Below the pieces are notes generated by a model. That model did not search any database. It was not told where the DNA came from and saw only the letters and a program-made list of their open reading frames with translations. A stretch of DNA of 63,035 bases, counting the filler, from Lenisia limosa (taxonomy: Eukaryota; Protista; Breviatea), in the NCBI GenBank assembly GCA_001655205.1. It is 7 parts of 7 records of this genome, joined end to end, with 100 filler letters (N's around TTAATTAATTAA, not from the genome) between each part and the next. Parts side by side here need not be neighbours in the genome. Positions count along the whole stretch, not along the records: positions 1 to 25,114 come from LPNZ01009355.1; positions 25,215 to 32,609 come from LPNZ01004367.1; 5 more parts are not named here. One strand, given 5' to 3'. Of this stretch, positions 12,851-25,239 are shown piece after piece. The position numbers were made by a program, and so were the translations under genes. The number at the start of each line of letters is the position of its first letter. Position 1 is the first letter of the stretch.

Positions 12851-13160
12851 ATCACGGCATACCCCCCACCCCAGTCCGTTACTAACAGGCCCGCCGACTT
12901 CCTCAACTTGCTCTGGCACCGGCGATGGCACGCGACCGCGCATGACGTCATGTCCATCCTTTGAATGTAAGCTTGCGGCTTTACCCAGGGGCACCAAAAA
13001 AAAAGGGGGGGGGGGTAAGGATAAGAAAAGAAGGCAAAATTAACATCATCATAAATTGCATTGACAATTGAAAGCTGTTTTGGTGATTCGAATTTGGAGA
13101 ATAGCAGCTTAAAATAGCAGAAAACAAATGTGAATATAATCTGAAAAGATAATACATAAT

Positions 13161-14974
13161 ATGTGGGTCCTCAAAGCTCCGGACATCATTCAAAATTTAC
13201 CGGACACATCAAAACTCCCGGAAAGCTTGAAGTTGACACCTTGTATAGGCCAATGTCAGTGTTTGTTTTTAAAAAAACTGCTTCGACAGACACATAGAGA
13301 AATTGACCTCCTAATGTTCCCCAACTTTTTTTTTTCAAGGATTTTTTTCTGAATCTTACCCTCTTTGAGAGTTAAGAAAAAAAAAAAGCACCCATCGGAG
13401 TAATTGGTTCCGGGTTCCCCTTTGCTTTGGCTATGTAATGGTGAATTCTGAGAGAAAAAATGCTCAAAAATAGCACTGTCTACAAGGGTGAACTTTCCCA
13501 GATAGTTGCCATTTATTCCTTGAATGATGGCCTTTAATAACGGTTTTGCATGTTTTTGACAGTATTTGGACCGTAAATAGAGAGCTTGGGGACTTAATTT
13601 GGTTTGATTAGACAATATATGAAGTAGGCGTTTTATCCTTTGATTAAGATTGAAATTACTTTCGAAAACAAAAGGGAAATAGGTTTATGATGAACTCAAG
13701 CTGTCCGGGAGTTTTGATGTGTTTAGTGAATTTTGAATAATGTTCGGAGCTTTGACTATACATATATTTATATATACAGACTTTACCGTAAAGGCATGTC
13801 AATGGAAAAGTGGACTGTTAATCCTACTGCAGAAGAGGAGATCGCCATGGGAAAATGGGATGATGCTTTTAGCTCCAGTGAGTTGTTATTTTACTTAAGA
13901 GTTATACACGCGCTTCTCTTTATACTTTTGGAACTATTTCTGATCATCAGTACGATGCCTGCTGTATTAATTGCGGGATACCTGTTTGTCTACTTGTTGA
14001 AGTATCATTCTAGTACTCTTCAGAACCGACAATGGTACACGTTGACGTCTACGGTTTCAAGGGTTGTACCTTATCACCAAGGGAGTACGTACCGCCTTCC
14101 CTGTGAAGGTGCGTTGAATTTGGTAGAACTGTTATAATATGATAGTAGAATCATATACAAAGTATTTATGACAGTGTTCGTTGTCAAATCCCCAGAGGAT
14201 CATCAAGGCAAACCTAATCCTGAGCGATGATGAGTACACGCTCAAGGCTAAAGGCCATTCGGCTGGCTCTGCCAAAGGTTGAGATGCCTGCCCGTTGGTA
14301 TGCGGGTCAAAAAACTACGTATTTTTTCAAAATTAAATATCTCTTCTCATTTAGACAGACGAAGCTATCAAGGTGAAACTCGGGGCAATGCGTGATCCCC
14401 CCACTCCTCTCTAAACCGTTTCTTGTTTCAGATTGTGGGTCTGATTAGATTGTTTTGATTGTACTTTTATGTTGCTTTGCTTTTATGAATTTTCAAAATG
14501 CCATCGAGTTTGAATATGTTATCCAAATATTTGGCGATAAAGACTGTCCTTTTTTTTGATATCAAGGTTGTCAGCATTCAAACTGCCTGCGTTATGCGAT
14601 GGGGGTTTTACAACATTGGTACGGATAATGCGCAGCAGGACCACGCCTATGCGAATGCAAAGATGGCGGTTCAGGCCAATCCGCTATTCAACAGCTCCTT
14701 CCCTCCCTTCGCCTCAAGCTTCCCTCCCTTCGCCTCAAGACGGTTGTTCGATCCAGACTCCCCTTCGCGCCCAAAATCGGACCCAGCCCCAAGTTTTAAT
14801 CAACTGATTACCCAGGGTAGGATAATAAACAAAGAGGGAAAGATAAAAAAGAACATGAAGGGAGGAAGGAGACATATCGAAAATAAAGAATGTGCCTTGG
14901 TGGAAATAATAAAAAGTATAAAAAAGGGGGGGAGTAATATCAGTCCAGAGCTGTCCACATATTATGAATTATAG
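13161..14974 (+). CDS. Possible unknown multi-exon gene
   Basis: Candidate exons MWVLKAPDIIQNLPD, PIGVIGSGFPFALA, VYDELKLSGSFDVF|RLYRKGMSMEKWTVNPTAEEEIAMGKWDDAF, RIIKANLILSDDEYTLKAKGH. Phases only partly reconciled. Confidence 0.35.
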
Positions 14975-17900
14975 CTGTGCCATATGGTAGGATATATATA
15001 TATATCATGTCGCTATGGTGATGTACCTCATCATCTGTTTCACTGAGTTCTTCATAGAAGCTACTCATAGAATCACCCAAAGACGAAACGTTCCGTCTAA
15101 GGTGTGAACAAAGGGTCAAAGATCTAAAAGTACTACGAAAACTAAGAATAAAAAAATAAACTCGTGTTTCAAAAGTAACAACCACAGGCTACACTGTGCA
15201 TAATATATCCAGGGCTTCACCTCGGTCGGTTCGATAAAAGACTGAATTTCTCGATAAATCCGCAAAAACTATCGATATTTATAGGGTTTTTTTTAACCGA
15301 AGTGAAGGCCTAAATATAGTATCCCAAACCCTTGCATGTGCTTCATATTGGCATACGAGGAGAAAGCCGGTGGTGCAGCTGGAGCTGGAACGCGAATACT
15401 CTAAATATTAAGATAAGAGACAAGGGAACTAAACTAAAAAAAAACAATGGAAAAAAATTGAAAAAGCACAGGGAGAGGGGGGAGGGACTTGTTTTGCTGT
15501 GTTGTAACGTAAAAAAAGGAGAGAGAGAGAAAGAGAAAGGCGATCCTAGTATAAATGACCCACTCCCACCGGCCCTTCATCGTCACTCGACATATCAAAA
15601 GTTTCCGAGTCTAAACTGATCAGATTGTGGTAGAAAACAAGAGTCATAAAGATCTGGTCAAATTGGATATTTGGAAGAAGCCTCACACATCACCATTTTG
15701 AATTAGCAATAAAATATGAAATTGGACAACTTACCCATAATAACAGGCTTTAGTGGGGCTGTAGATGACATTTCTACACAATAAGAAACGATAAAAAGTA
15801 AACTACCTTGTCCTGATTCAGCAACCACTTTCAGGATCTTTCTCTTCTGCTCCCCTTTGAGAATTAGGGACTCCAGCTGGAGAGCTTTACTCAGACGTTC
15901 TTTAGAAGGATCTCGACTCACTAAAATGTAAGTACAAAGGAATTTTGATACCACAAGGCTGAGCAAAACAAAGTATATGCTGTCGTTTCTATATACTATA
16001 TGAATATGTATGAGATTATATAGTTTTGATCCTAAGAACCGTCGTAACCCTACACCCGAACCCAAAAACGAAACCCATTTGCATATGATATGCTCTTCTC
16101 AGAGGCACAAGAAAAACCAAGACCACCTCCATAAACATTAAACGAAACTTAAACCGAAATGATAAAACGGGACACACTCACTTGAAGTTGGCGAAGTTGG
16201 GAGCTGGTAAGTTGGCGAATGCCTTGGCGAAGACACTGTCAAGTCAGAGTTGCCTTGAAAAGAGATTCACTTTAGTAGAGACTATCTCTGAGCTTTACTA
16301 TCAAAGATTTATCAAAATACTAGGCAATCAGTAATGCTAACTAAAAAGCCCTACACTTGGTATTGCATATTAAGCTACGCATTATTCAATAGCCCTGTTC
16401 CTTTATCACCCCATTTTCCTCGTAGCATGGAGGTCATCCTTTTGCACGCTGACACCCACCTGTGGTGCCCGGTGCAGACGGCGGAAGCGGGGCGTTAAGT
16501 GGATTCGGGCTGAAAGGGGGGACAGTCGGTGATGGTTGGCGCACAACAATCTCGACAGGGGGCGGTAGACTCATCTTGCGTGAGGAAGCCTGGACAATTA
16601 AAATTAGGGGATTTCACTTTGGTTCACAAAAAAATCGGGAAATATCGATAGTTTTCGAGGATTATCGAGAATTTCAGTCTTTTTTTTGAACCGAAGTGAA
16701 GCCCTACTTTGAACCAAAGTGAAGCCCTTGTTAGAATTCATTGATGGTGGAGAATACAATACTATCAATCCGCATCCTTTACCAACGGGATTGTCTTTTG
16801 ACCAAAGAGAAGTCTACCCCCTCCCCCACCTGGGGCCGCGGCATCCAAGCCTGGAGGGGGGCTGGGTTGATCATGGAGGTGGCTCTTCTAACTGGGTAAG
16901 TTGGTGTCAAGCCGTGTGGAAGAATCAAGGGAAACGCCCGATATTATAATTTTCTTGCGGTGGAACGCGCATTGAAACTGATTTACATAATGGTACCAAT
17001 TAAGACTCAGAAAACGGCAACAAATGTATTTCCCAGGCAAGTTTCAACAGTAGTCAATACGCAGTAATAAACAAGGAATTTCCACTCGCCGGTGATCGAG
17101 CATCCCCCCCTCCCAACCGCCTCGTCGTTATGACGGCTGCGGGTGTGAGAGTTGCAGATAAGTCCTCAGCCGTGGCTGGCCTAAATCTTTGATTAGCGCG
17201 TATTAGATGCGAATAGATTTTCAATTACCTCGAAGGATTTATTGCAACAAAACACATATCGTATACAATACACATTGATCCCATTACAGTCCCTCACATT
17301 TGCGTTGGGGGAGAGTTTCTAACAAGGGGCTGTTCCTGGACCGGCTCAACCTTGGGAGTGATTGGGATAAAAGGGATATGGTTGGGGATAAAAAAATGGT
17401 AAAGTTGGGAATACAACTAGATGATTTGAAACCCAGTAAGAACGCACCAGAGTTGGGACGTTGTTGGCCTGGTGCTCAGTCGTTGTAACTTCCGAAGCAA
17501 GAGAAGCGTCAGTTTCCCCTATAGAAGAGGGTGCAAGGTTGGAGCCATCCCTCTCGAGAAGGCTCGGTAATGACCCCTGTTTGGCCTCGCGACGGGCAAG
17601 ATCCTGACCCAGGCGCTGGGCGGAAGTGTCACGTGACATTCCATCAGAAAACTCCGACCGCGCGGCCGTATTGGATGTCGAACTTCTGAGGTCCGCTGGG
17701 TTAACAAAGCCGGCCAGCTTCGACTCTGAGGGGGTTAAAGGGTGTCGTCAGGGTTGTGGCGATGCTCTTTGCTAATACACAGAATATTAAAAAGAAAAAT
17801 AGTTGCTTTGGTCAATATTATGCAGAAAAAGGAATACTCAAAAGGTAAGATAATCACATTGTTGTCATCAATTATTTAAAAGAGAATAAATATTCAATAT

Positions 17901-20714
17901 CATATTTCAAAAGCCTTTTTGGAAGAGAAATGAAGCTCCGCTCCAACAATGGGCTTTGATACACAAACGCCAACTTTGGAGATTAAGGAAGTCGATTCGA
18001 CTTGTAATCTCGCTGACTTGATCGTTGACTGCCCGAGCTGTGTCATCTGGAGTATCATCAATGAATCAATGATTATTATTATCAGAAAAAACCAACTATC
18101 GAAATTGAACAGGGACTTTATCAAACGAAGTGAATCCACAATGTCTTCACTCAGAGTTTATCAGCTAGGTACCCCCTCCCCACCATCATCAAGGTCCTTG
18201 AGGTGCTTGCTCTTTTTCCTTCTGAATTCCTTTGATTTTGCCGTCACTAGTGTTTCCAGCTGAAGAATCAGATACTAGGGATTCCTTAAGGTCCCAAAAG
18301 AACGTAGCTCATTGCACAATAGTGCTATGATTCGAAATTAACTTTACCGTGAGAATAAATCGTATTAGAAGCAGGATTGACCAACCTCTTTCTTCCTTGT
18401 TTCAGCCTTGTCCTTATACTTGGCCATTTGTCTGAGCTTAGCAGCCTTTGTCTGTCGCGGAACTAACTTGCCTTCAAAGTGAGAATCATCTTAAATATGG
18501 CTACAACACCACTATCACCTATCATATAAATGAGGTTCAAAGGTGAAAGAAGATTATTCCTAACGAAAGCAATAAATACACCAACAGGTTATTTTGGATA
18601 TTTATTCATGAAACTCGTTTCCCAAATTGCCAAGACTCTCACCGATGTTTTTGCTTTCCTCTTCTTTCTGAATGTCTTCAATGAGGAGGCTGAGAGAGGC
18701 TGAGAGCCGATGCTGCTGCCTGAGGGAGTGTGTGTATTCACGAACTTCCTTATCAACTGTCAATCTTGCCTGAATTACTGTCAGGTGACATAACACTTCA
18801 TGATATGCACCAAACCACCTACATTTTTAAAACGGACAACCTCATCTTCCCTCAGCTTCTTCCTCTCCTCTTCCAACTCGAGAATTTCGAGTTCGGTCTC
18901 GTCCACAGCCTTCTGCTTGATTCGGCTCTGCTCGCGCTGCTCCTCTCTCATCTGCTTCAATCGAGCCTCTCGAGACCTGCAATGACATTCAGCGCAAAAT
19001 AAAATCTCTCCTGCTTTCTAGAGGTGTCTGTTCATATCTTCATCTTAAGATTGAGGGGGGTGTGACAATTCCACTACAAGGAGAAGAAAAGAGAAATATG
19101 TAGACATATCATCGATACTTTGGTGTACATCACCAGACAATACTGAAGCCCAGTAACAGCTTTGCCGTACCTTTTTTCCCTCAGCTTCTCCTGCTCAATC
19201 TCAGGTTGTCTCAATGATTCCCTTTGCTAAATGTGTTAAAATAAAGAGGGGTGCTATATATAGGAACCGAAAGAAGCCTAAATACGTTATATCCATGATG
19301 GATACTCATTAGGAAGGAAATAATAAAATTCAAAAATACATGAACAGGAATCTTCAGATTCAAAACAAACCTCTTGGTCCAGCTTTTTGGCTTTTAAGAT
19401 GGCAGCGTCTCTCTTACGAATGCGCTCCTTTTCCTAATAAGTCAGTAATTATCTGTTGCTAATAGCAGGATCGCTTATAGTTAACAAACCTTAAGCATTG
19501 CTAAATTGGCTTCTCGTGCAGCTGCTTCCCGCTCCAACCGCTGGCTCTGAACAGTAACTAAGGGGATGCAGATCAAAATTGGATGCTGAGGAAGGAGGGA
19601 TTGTTTTTTTTTTTTGCAAAGTAGTATATCATATGCATATACTACACCTTGGACTTCACTTCGGTTCGAAAAAAGACTGAATTGCTCGATGAATCCTCGA
19701 AAACTATCGATATTTCCCGAACTGAAGTGAAGTCTTAAACACTCCTTTTGAAGACAGACCAAATGTTGGTACTAATGCCAGCCACTTACCTCAAGCCTGT
19801 CTTCCTCCTCCTTTGCTCGTCGAGCTTCCTCCAAACGTTGTCGTCTCTTTTGTTCAATTTGTTTCATTTGGAACTCCCTATAGAATCAACCACATTGTTT
19901 TACACAGTTCATGCCAAGCAGTAAATCCACCTTTCTTCCTTCTGTCGCTCTAATAACTGCTGTTGCCTCAATTCCTCCTCCTCTTGTTTTTTCTTCTCAG
20001 CTCTCTCGCGTAGAATTCGTTCCTGGACACTCAGAGACACAATTAAGGAAGGACGCAATGAAACCAATGGAAACAGCCCAAAAACAACTTCCAAGGTTCC
20101 ACCTATACCTTTCTTCGAAGGTCGACCGGTGAGCTAGTCACTGTCACCTTACGAGCAGAGGCTATAGCAGGACTCAAAACACTAGCCCAGGTTAGACAAC
20201 AGGAAACGGGTGCTATCATGTTTTTTACCTATCTTATTGGATTTGGTTGTATTTTACGCTTCAAATATTAAAAATACAGCGTCTATTTTATTTCCTCATT
20301 GAGAATGACTCTTAAAACAAATGATATATTTAGTTAAATCCGAGGCTCACGAATATTTCGGCGTTTTGGGTGTTTTTGATATTTTTGGCGATGGAGTCCA
20401 CGGCAGCTCATCAGAAGAGGGCATATCCGACACTTTGCTGAACGTCCGCGGTGAAAACACCGGCTTTTCCTGCCAGATTATTACAGTCATTCGATGGGTG
20501 TTCTTTTGGACAAAAACGATCAGTAAAACACCGGTATTTATCGGCAAATTCCGCCTTTCGGAAGTCTTAAGAAGATGTTTTTCGAAAAAAAAGAAATCTA
20601 ATTTTTACCCCTTCAACAAGCGACACACATTGTCTTCTTTTTTGTGGATGACAGTGACATCCGATTGGGCTGAAGCGCAGGATACGGGAGAGGTTCGCCC
20701 GGGCACCTGCGGGT
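14940..20714 (-). CDS. Coiled-coil / charged-helix protein with Pro-rich and acidic C-terminal regions, many exons
   Basis: Exons ERILRERAEKKKQEEEELRQQQLLERQKEER, SREARLKQMREEQREQSRIKQKAVDETELEILELEEERKKLREDE, SSRKMSLPPPVEIVVRQPSP, SFYEELSETDDE with canonical splice sites. May be one gene with the next feature. Confidence 0.65.
15210..15312. mobile_element. MITE family A
   Basis: Flanks AATATATC/AATATAGT (6/8). Confidence 0.8.
16605..16729. mobile_element. MITE family A with duplicated right TIR
   Basis: ..GAACCGAAGTGAAGCCCTA CTTTGAACCAAAGTGAAGCCCTT; flanks ATTAAAAT/GTTAGAAT (6/8). Confidence 0.8.
19649..19737. mobile_element. MITE family A
   Basis: Degenerate TIRs, conserved core. Confidence 0.75.
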
Positions 20715-20868
20715 AAGAAATTGTGCTTCCTGATGGTTCTAAAGAAAAATAATCGATAATTTCTTGAAAATATACATTTATCACATGTCAATAAAACACT
20801 TCTATTTAGGAGCGAAAGTGAAGCAAGTAAGAACATGGCTCCCGGAGGCTCAGGTAAGGAGAATAATA

Positions 20869-20945
20869 CAGTGCCCGTGATAAGTCAGATATGATATACT
20901 ATATGGATCTTTAGTCAATCATGTCAGGACTTATCACGGTCAATG
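20869..20945. mobile_element. MITE family C
   Basis: TA|CAGTGCCCGTGATAAGTC..GACTTATCACGGTCAATG|TA. Confidence 0.75.
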
Positions 20946-21125
20946 TATGCATTAGGTATGCATATTTCTGAGTATTTCAGCTGTTTTACCATTGTGAATC
21001 GTTACATCAAAAGAAAACATGGATAAAAAGGTAAAATAAAACATAAAAACATTTGTAAAAATGAGAGAAAAACCCAACGAAAAACATTGAATTTATCGAA
21101 AAAACACCTTTGCACAAATTAACAA

Positions 21126-24100
21126 TCAAGGAAAATCGAGTTGCCAGCCTACTAAAAGCGAATCGGTTTTGCTTTGGGCATTGAGAAAGTCAACAGTGTC
21201 GAGGTCTGCCAAATCAAAAGACGCGTTCTTAACGGTTAATATACTTTTCACTCTATTGCTTTGAGTACAGTACCAGGAATAAGATATGATACCCATCCAA
21301 AAAGGTGAAACTGAAATTTCCACATTCCTTGCTTTGGACTGTTCCACCATTGCATGTAGCTCAAATGTTTATCCAATCAAGATATTCGCGATTACTATTC
21401 GAAATGAAAGGGGCAATAACTCAATTATTTACCAATACCCATCCCCCCACAGACACAACANNNNNNNNNNNNNNNNNNNNNNNNNNNNNNNNNNNNNNNN
21501 NNNNNNNNNNNNNNNNNNNNNNNNNNNNNNNNNNNNNNNNNNNNNNNNNNNNNNNNNNNNNNNNNGCGTCAGAAGGTTCAGATTCTTGATAGGAGGAATA
21601 GTTACCATCATCGCCATCCACTACGACTGTGAACAGTATCAAAGAAAGGACGGCGGATCTAGGATTAGAGGATGACAAGAAGTAATAAAACTCGCTCTTG
21701 CTCCGAGGACGACCCACAATCAAGGCATCACTTCGGTTCAAGAAAAGACAGTACAATATCGATAGTTTTTGAGGATTTATCAAGAAATTCAGTCTTAGTT
21801 CGAGCCGAAGTGAAGCCCGACTCACAATCAAGGTCATTGACGAGCTGCTCGGCAGCATGGATGGAAACTGCTGTTCGGAACTGATCGCTTTTCAGAAACC
21901 CCCAGCTAGGCTTCGGCTAAAGGGTCATTTGACTATAGCGCTCTTGAGAACTAGATGAAATATCTATGAATACCCCTTGCCTTCAGCGGCTAGAATTTTC
22001 TATTGTGCTACTACTTGATTTCTTGTTGATTGGAACTTCAACATGTATTCATGAAGAAGAAACCACATAATATTTTAAAATTCCATGAGAAAACAAATGT
22101 TTGTATTTGTTGGAACCAAATTTAGCCCAATCATTCCACACCCACTTTGATATCGAAGGCCTTGCGGACCTTGTCCCAACCGCTCATTGTAACGGCCTAC
22201 ATCAAGTGAGAAGGAAGTTGTTCATATGTGACGAGAAGCGTGATAAGGTGACATCGTCAACTCACCAAGGCGATGATAATACCGACTTTGATGAAAAACG
22301 AGATAAGTATAAATGGAGAGGATATATTGATACATCAAAGAAATGTGGGAAAGCTGTTGTTTTAATTTGTTCTTTTTTTTTTTTTGATCAAGAGAAATAA
22401 TAAACATTAGGGTTATGGAAAGAAGTGTTCAGCANNNNNNNNNNNNNNNNNNNNNNNNNNNNNNNNNNNNNNNNNNNNNNNNNNNNNNNNNNNNNNNNNN
22501 NNNNNNNNNNNNNNNNNNNNNNNNNNNNNNNNNNNNNNNNNNNNNNNNNNNNNNNNNNNNNNNNNNNNNNNNNNNNNNNNNNNNNNNAGATGCTTATCTA
22601 AGGGAGGGTTACTTAATTATCCAGAACGTGGGAGATTAGGAGAGAACACTTTCTTGTGAGAAAAGAGGCATACCCATAGCCGCTTTCTCTTTAATTTTTC
22701 AACAGGCACTTGATGCACTTGACTGAGACGAGCAAAGGTTGTTGCCTTGATCGTAAATTACGTTTCTGCTTGCTTGTGGAGCTTAATGGTTAGCTGTTCC
22801 CCCTTTTTGTTTACAACATTAGCTTTGCTTAATATATATAACTCATAGAGGACAAAAAAGGCAAAAATATAAAAATAAAAAATAAAAAAAAAAAAAAAGN
22901 NNNNNNNNNNNNNNNNNNNNNNNNNNNNNNNNNNNNNNNNNNNNNNNNNNNNNNNNNNNNNNNNNNNNNNNNNNNNNNNNNNNNNNNNNNNNNNNNNNNN
23001 NNNNNNNNNNNNNNNNNNNNNNNNNNNNNNNNNNNNNNNNNNNNNNNNNNNNNNNNNNNNNNNNNNNNNNNNNNNNNNNNNNNNNNNNNNNNNNNNNNNN
23101 NNNNNNNNNNNNNNNNNNNNNNNNNNNNNNNNNNNNNNNNNNNNNNNNNNNNNNNNNNNNNNNNNNNNNNNNNNNNNNNNNNNNNNNNNNNNNNNNNNNN
23201 NNNNNNNNNNNNNNNNNNNNNNNNNNNNNNNNNNNNNNNNNNTCAGGGATTGTGAGATTTCACCAATGTTGCCAATACTATCATATCTGCTATGATATGA
23301 TATGCCATACATTTATAGAGTATGGTATGATATGCTGTCCCATATCTAGCAGTGACACATTCATATGATAGGCTTTCCATTCGAAATGATGAAAAGGTAT
23401 AACAGAGGGTTTATCAGTGTACAATTGAGATGTGTTGCTCAAATACAACACGAAATGACGTGAGGTATTATAAATATTCCAGGGTGGAAAATGAAAGTTC
23501 ACACATGAAATACCTAGTTACACCCGCACATTTGGGCTTAACAATGTAAATCAGGACCCCACCCCCACCCCGGGTGGTCAGTGCCCGAGAAGGCCAGAAG
23601 CTCTGCGGAGCCGCGAACGGAATATCCGATCAAGTCATTAATAGAGTCCATGGAGGAGAACTCAATTCCGCTCGATTGTACTAAGTTGTTATGGTACATT
23701 GTTGCATTGTTATGTTGTTACATTGTTTGTTATGTTATTAAATTGTAACGTAGAAAGCTATGCAGTATGATGTATTGATTACACTATCTGTATTGCAGCA
23801 ATAAGTTAAGGTATTCGGGGAACTGGTGCAATGAATATAGCTATTCAGCAATGAGAAATAAAAAATAAAGTCATATTTATACATATTATCCGTCAGTCTG
23901 ATCAACTGACACAGTGACCGAGATAAGTCTGAACCGATTTGCTGTATGATTTCCCAAGGAAAATCGGTCGACTTCTCCCAGTCAGTGTATATATTACAAG
24001 ACAATACCTTTTTAGTACAGATGCCCCCCCCCCCCTACCCAAAACCTGGGTCAAACTGTCACCAACCTCCACCAGAGATTGTATCTGTTCACCAGACATC

Positions 24101-25060
24101 TACAAAAATAAAAAGAAGGCCCATGTAATACTATTTTCATAATGCATTCCTATCATATTTGATTAGAGAGAGGAAAATAGAAACAAATGGAGTTGCAACT
24201 ATGAATATGATAAAGAATGAATGTCAATAGAGCACAATAAAATTTGTGAAACAAAAAGAGCCCAAATCAACTCTGTTGGCTAACAACACACGAGGGTTGA
24301 GAACAAATGCCCCCAAACCGTGACAGTCAGCAAACACGCAGCTTCCTCGTCATCAGTCTCACCCTGTCGCCCGCAAACCTAAACATCATAAAAAGAGAAG
24401 TTCCTTAAACATCATAAGTATTCCTTGGTGGGAAACAATTGAAGGACTTCATACATTCTCAGAAACAATAAATTCCCAGATAATCCTCTATGAATGGAGA
24501 TCGGAGTAATCAAGCAATCCTGAGCCCAACCTGACACGTTTCGTATTGCTTAGCAACTGCACTGGTGTGCACAATAGGAGGGCAGGTGGAGCATGAGTTC
24601 AAGGCCTCCAACACAACATGTGTGATGACAAACTCAACCTGCGAGATGAAAGACGAATTCAAGAGAAAAGAACAAAAGCATTCCCCTCTCTGTTTTCTGC
24701 TCAAAAAATGGTAAATAAGTGGTGGAGGCGTAAAAGCATTATATCGGGTTCTAAGAGCAAGACAATACATTCAATCAAAGCTTTAATATGGGGATACAAT
24801 AGCATGGGAGAAAGATACCAATTGCGTACCTTTTGTGCAACCCAAATTGAGGTGGAAATTGGAAGCTGACCCTAAATAATGAGACACTGAAACTGAGTGG
24901 CTCGAGGAGGCTAAAAATATTGGTGGGACCTGAACCTTATCGAAACAGTCCAATTCTTATGGCTAATTGCCTCTTGATAGTGTGAAAAGGACTCACGGTT
25001 CCTGAACAAAGAGACGCAGAAAGCTTCTTGAGGGACGGGTCAATCAGATACACCGGCAGG
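21126..25060 (-). CDS. Unknown multi-exon protein, 5' truncated at scaffold end
   Basis: Exons DFSAALPVYLIDPSLKK, VEFVITHVVLEALNSCSTCPPIVH, GETDDEEAACLLTVT, IEFSSMDSINDLIGYSVRG, AVTMSGWDKVRKAFDIK, DQFRTAVSIHAAEQLVNDLD. Confidence 0.55.
21721..21820. mobile_element. MITE family A
   Basis: Flanks CCCACAAT/CTCACAAT (7/8). Confidence 0.85.
23912..23987. mobile_element. MITE family C
   Basis: CAGTGACCGAGATAAGTC..CCCAGTCAGTG|TA. Confidence 0.75.
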
Positions 25061-25094
25061 GCTGCGCTGAAGTCTGAAGGAATAAGATGAGGGC

Positions 25095-25214
25095 GAAGGC
25101 GGGGGGGGGGGGGGNNNNNNNNNNNNNNNNNNNNNNNNNNNNNNNNNNNNNNNNNNNNTTAATTAATTAANNNNNNNNNNNNNNNNNNNNNNNNNNNNNN
25201 NNNNNNNNNNNNNN
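25095..25214. other. Artificial scaffold-joining linker; also at 32654, 36276, 39138, 42383, 55011
   Basis: TTAATTAATTAA (stops in all six frames) centred in N runs, typically about 44 N per side; the genes on either side are unrelated. Confidence 0.93.
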
Positions 25215-25239
25215 ACGTACGGGGAAATAGTATATCACG

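Noticed and set aside
20835-20856. Plus-strand gene start MAPGGSG|GTAAG
   Set aside because: No compatible downstream plus exons; surrounding exons fit the minus strand better.
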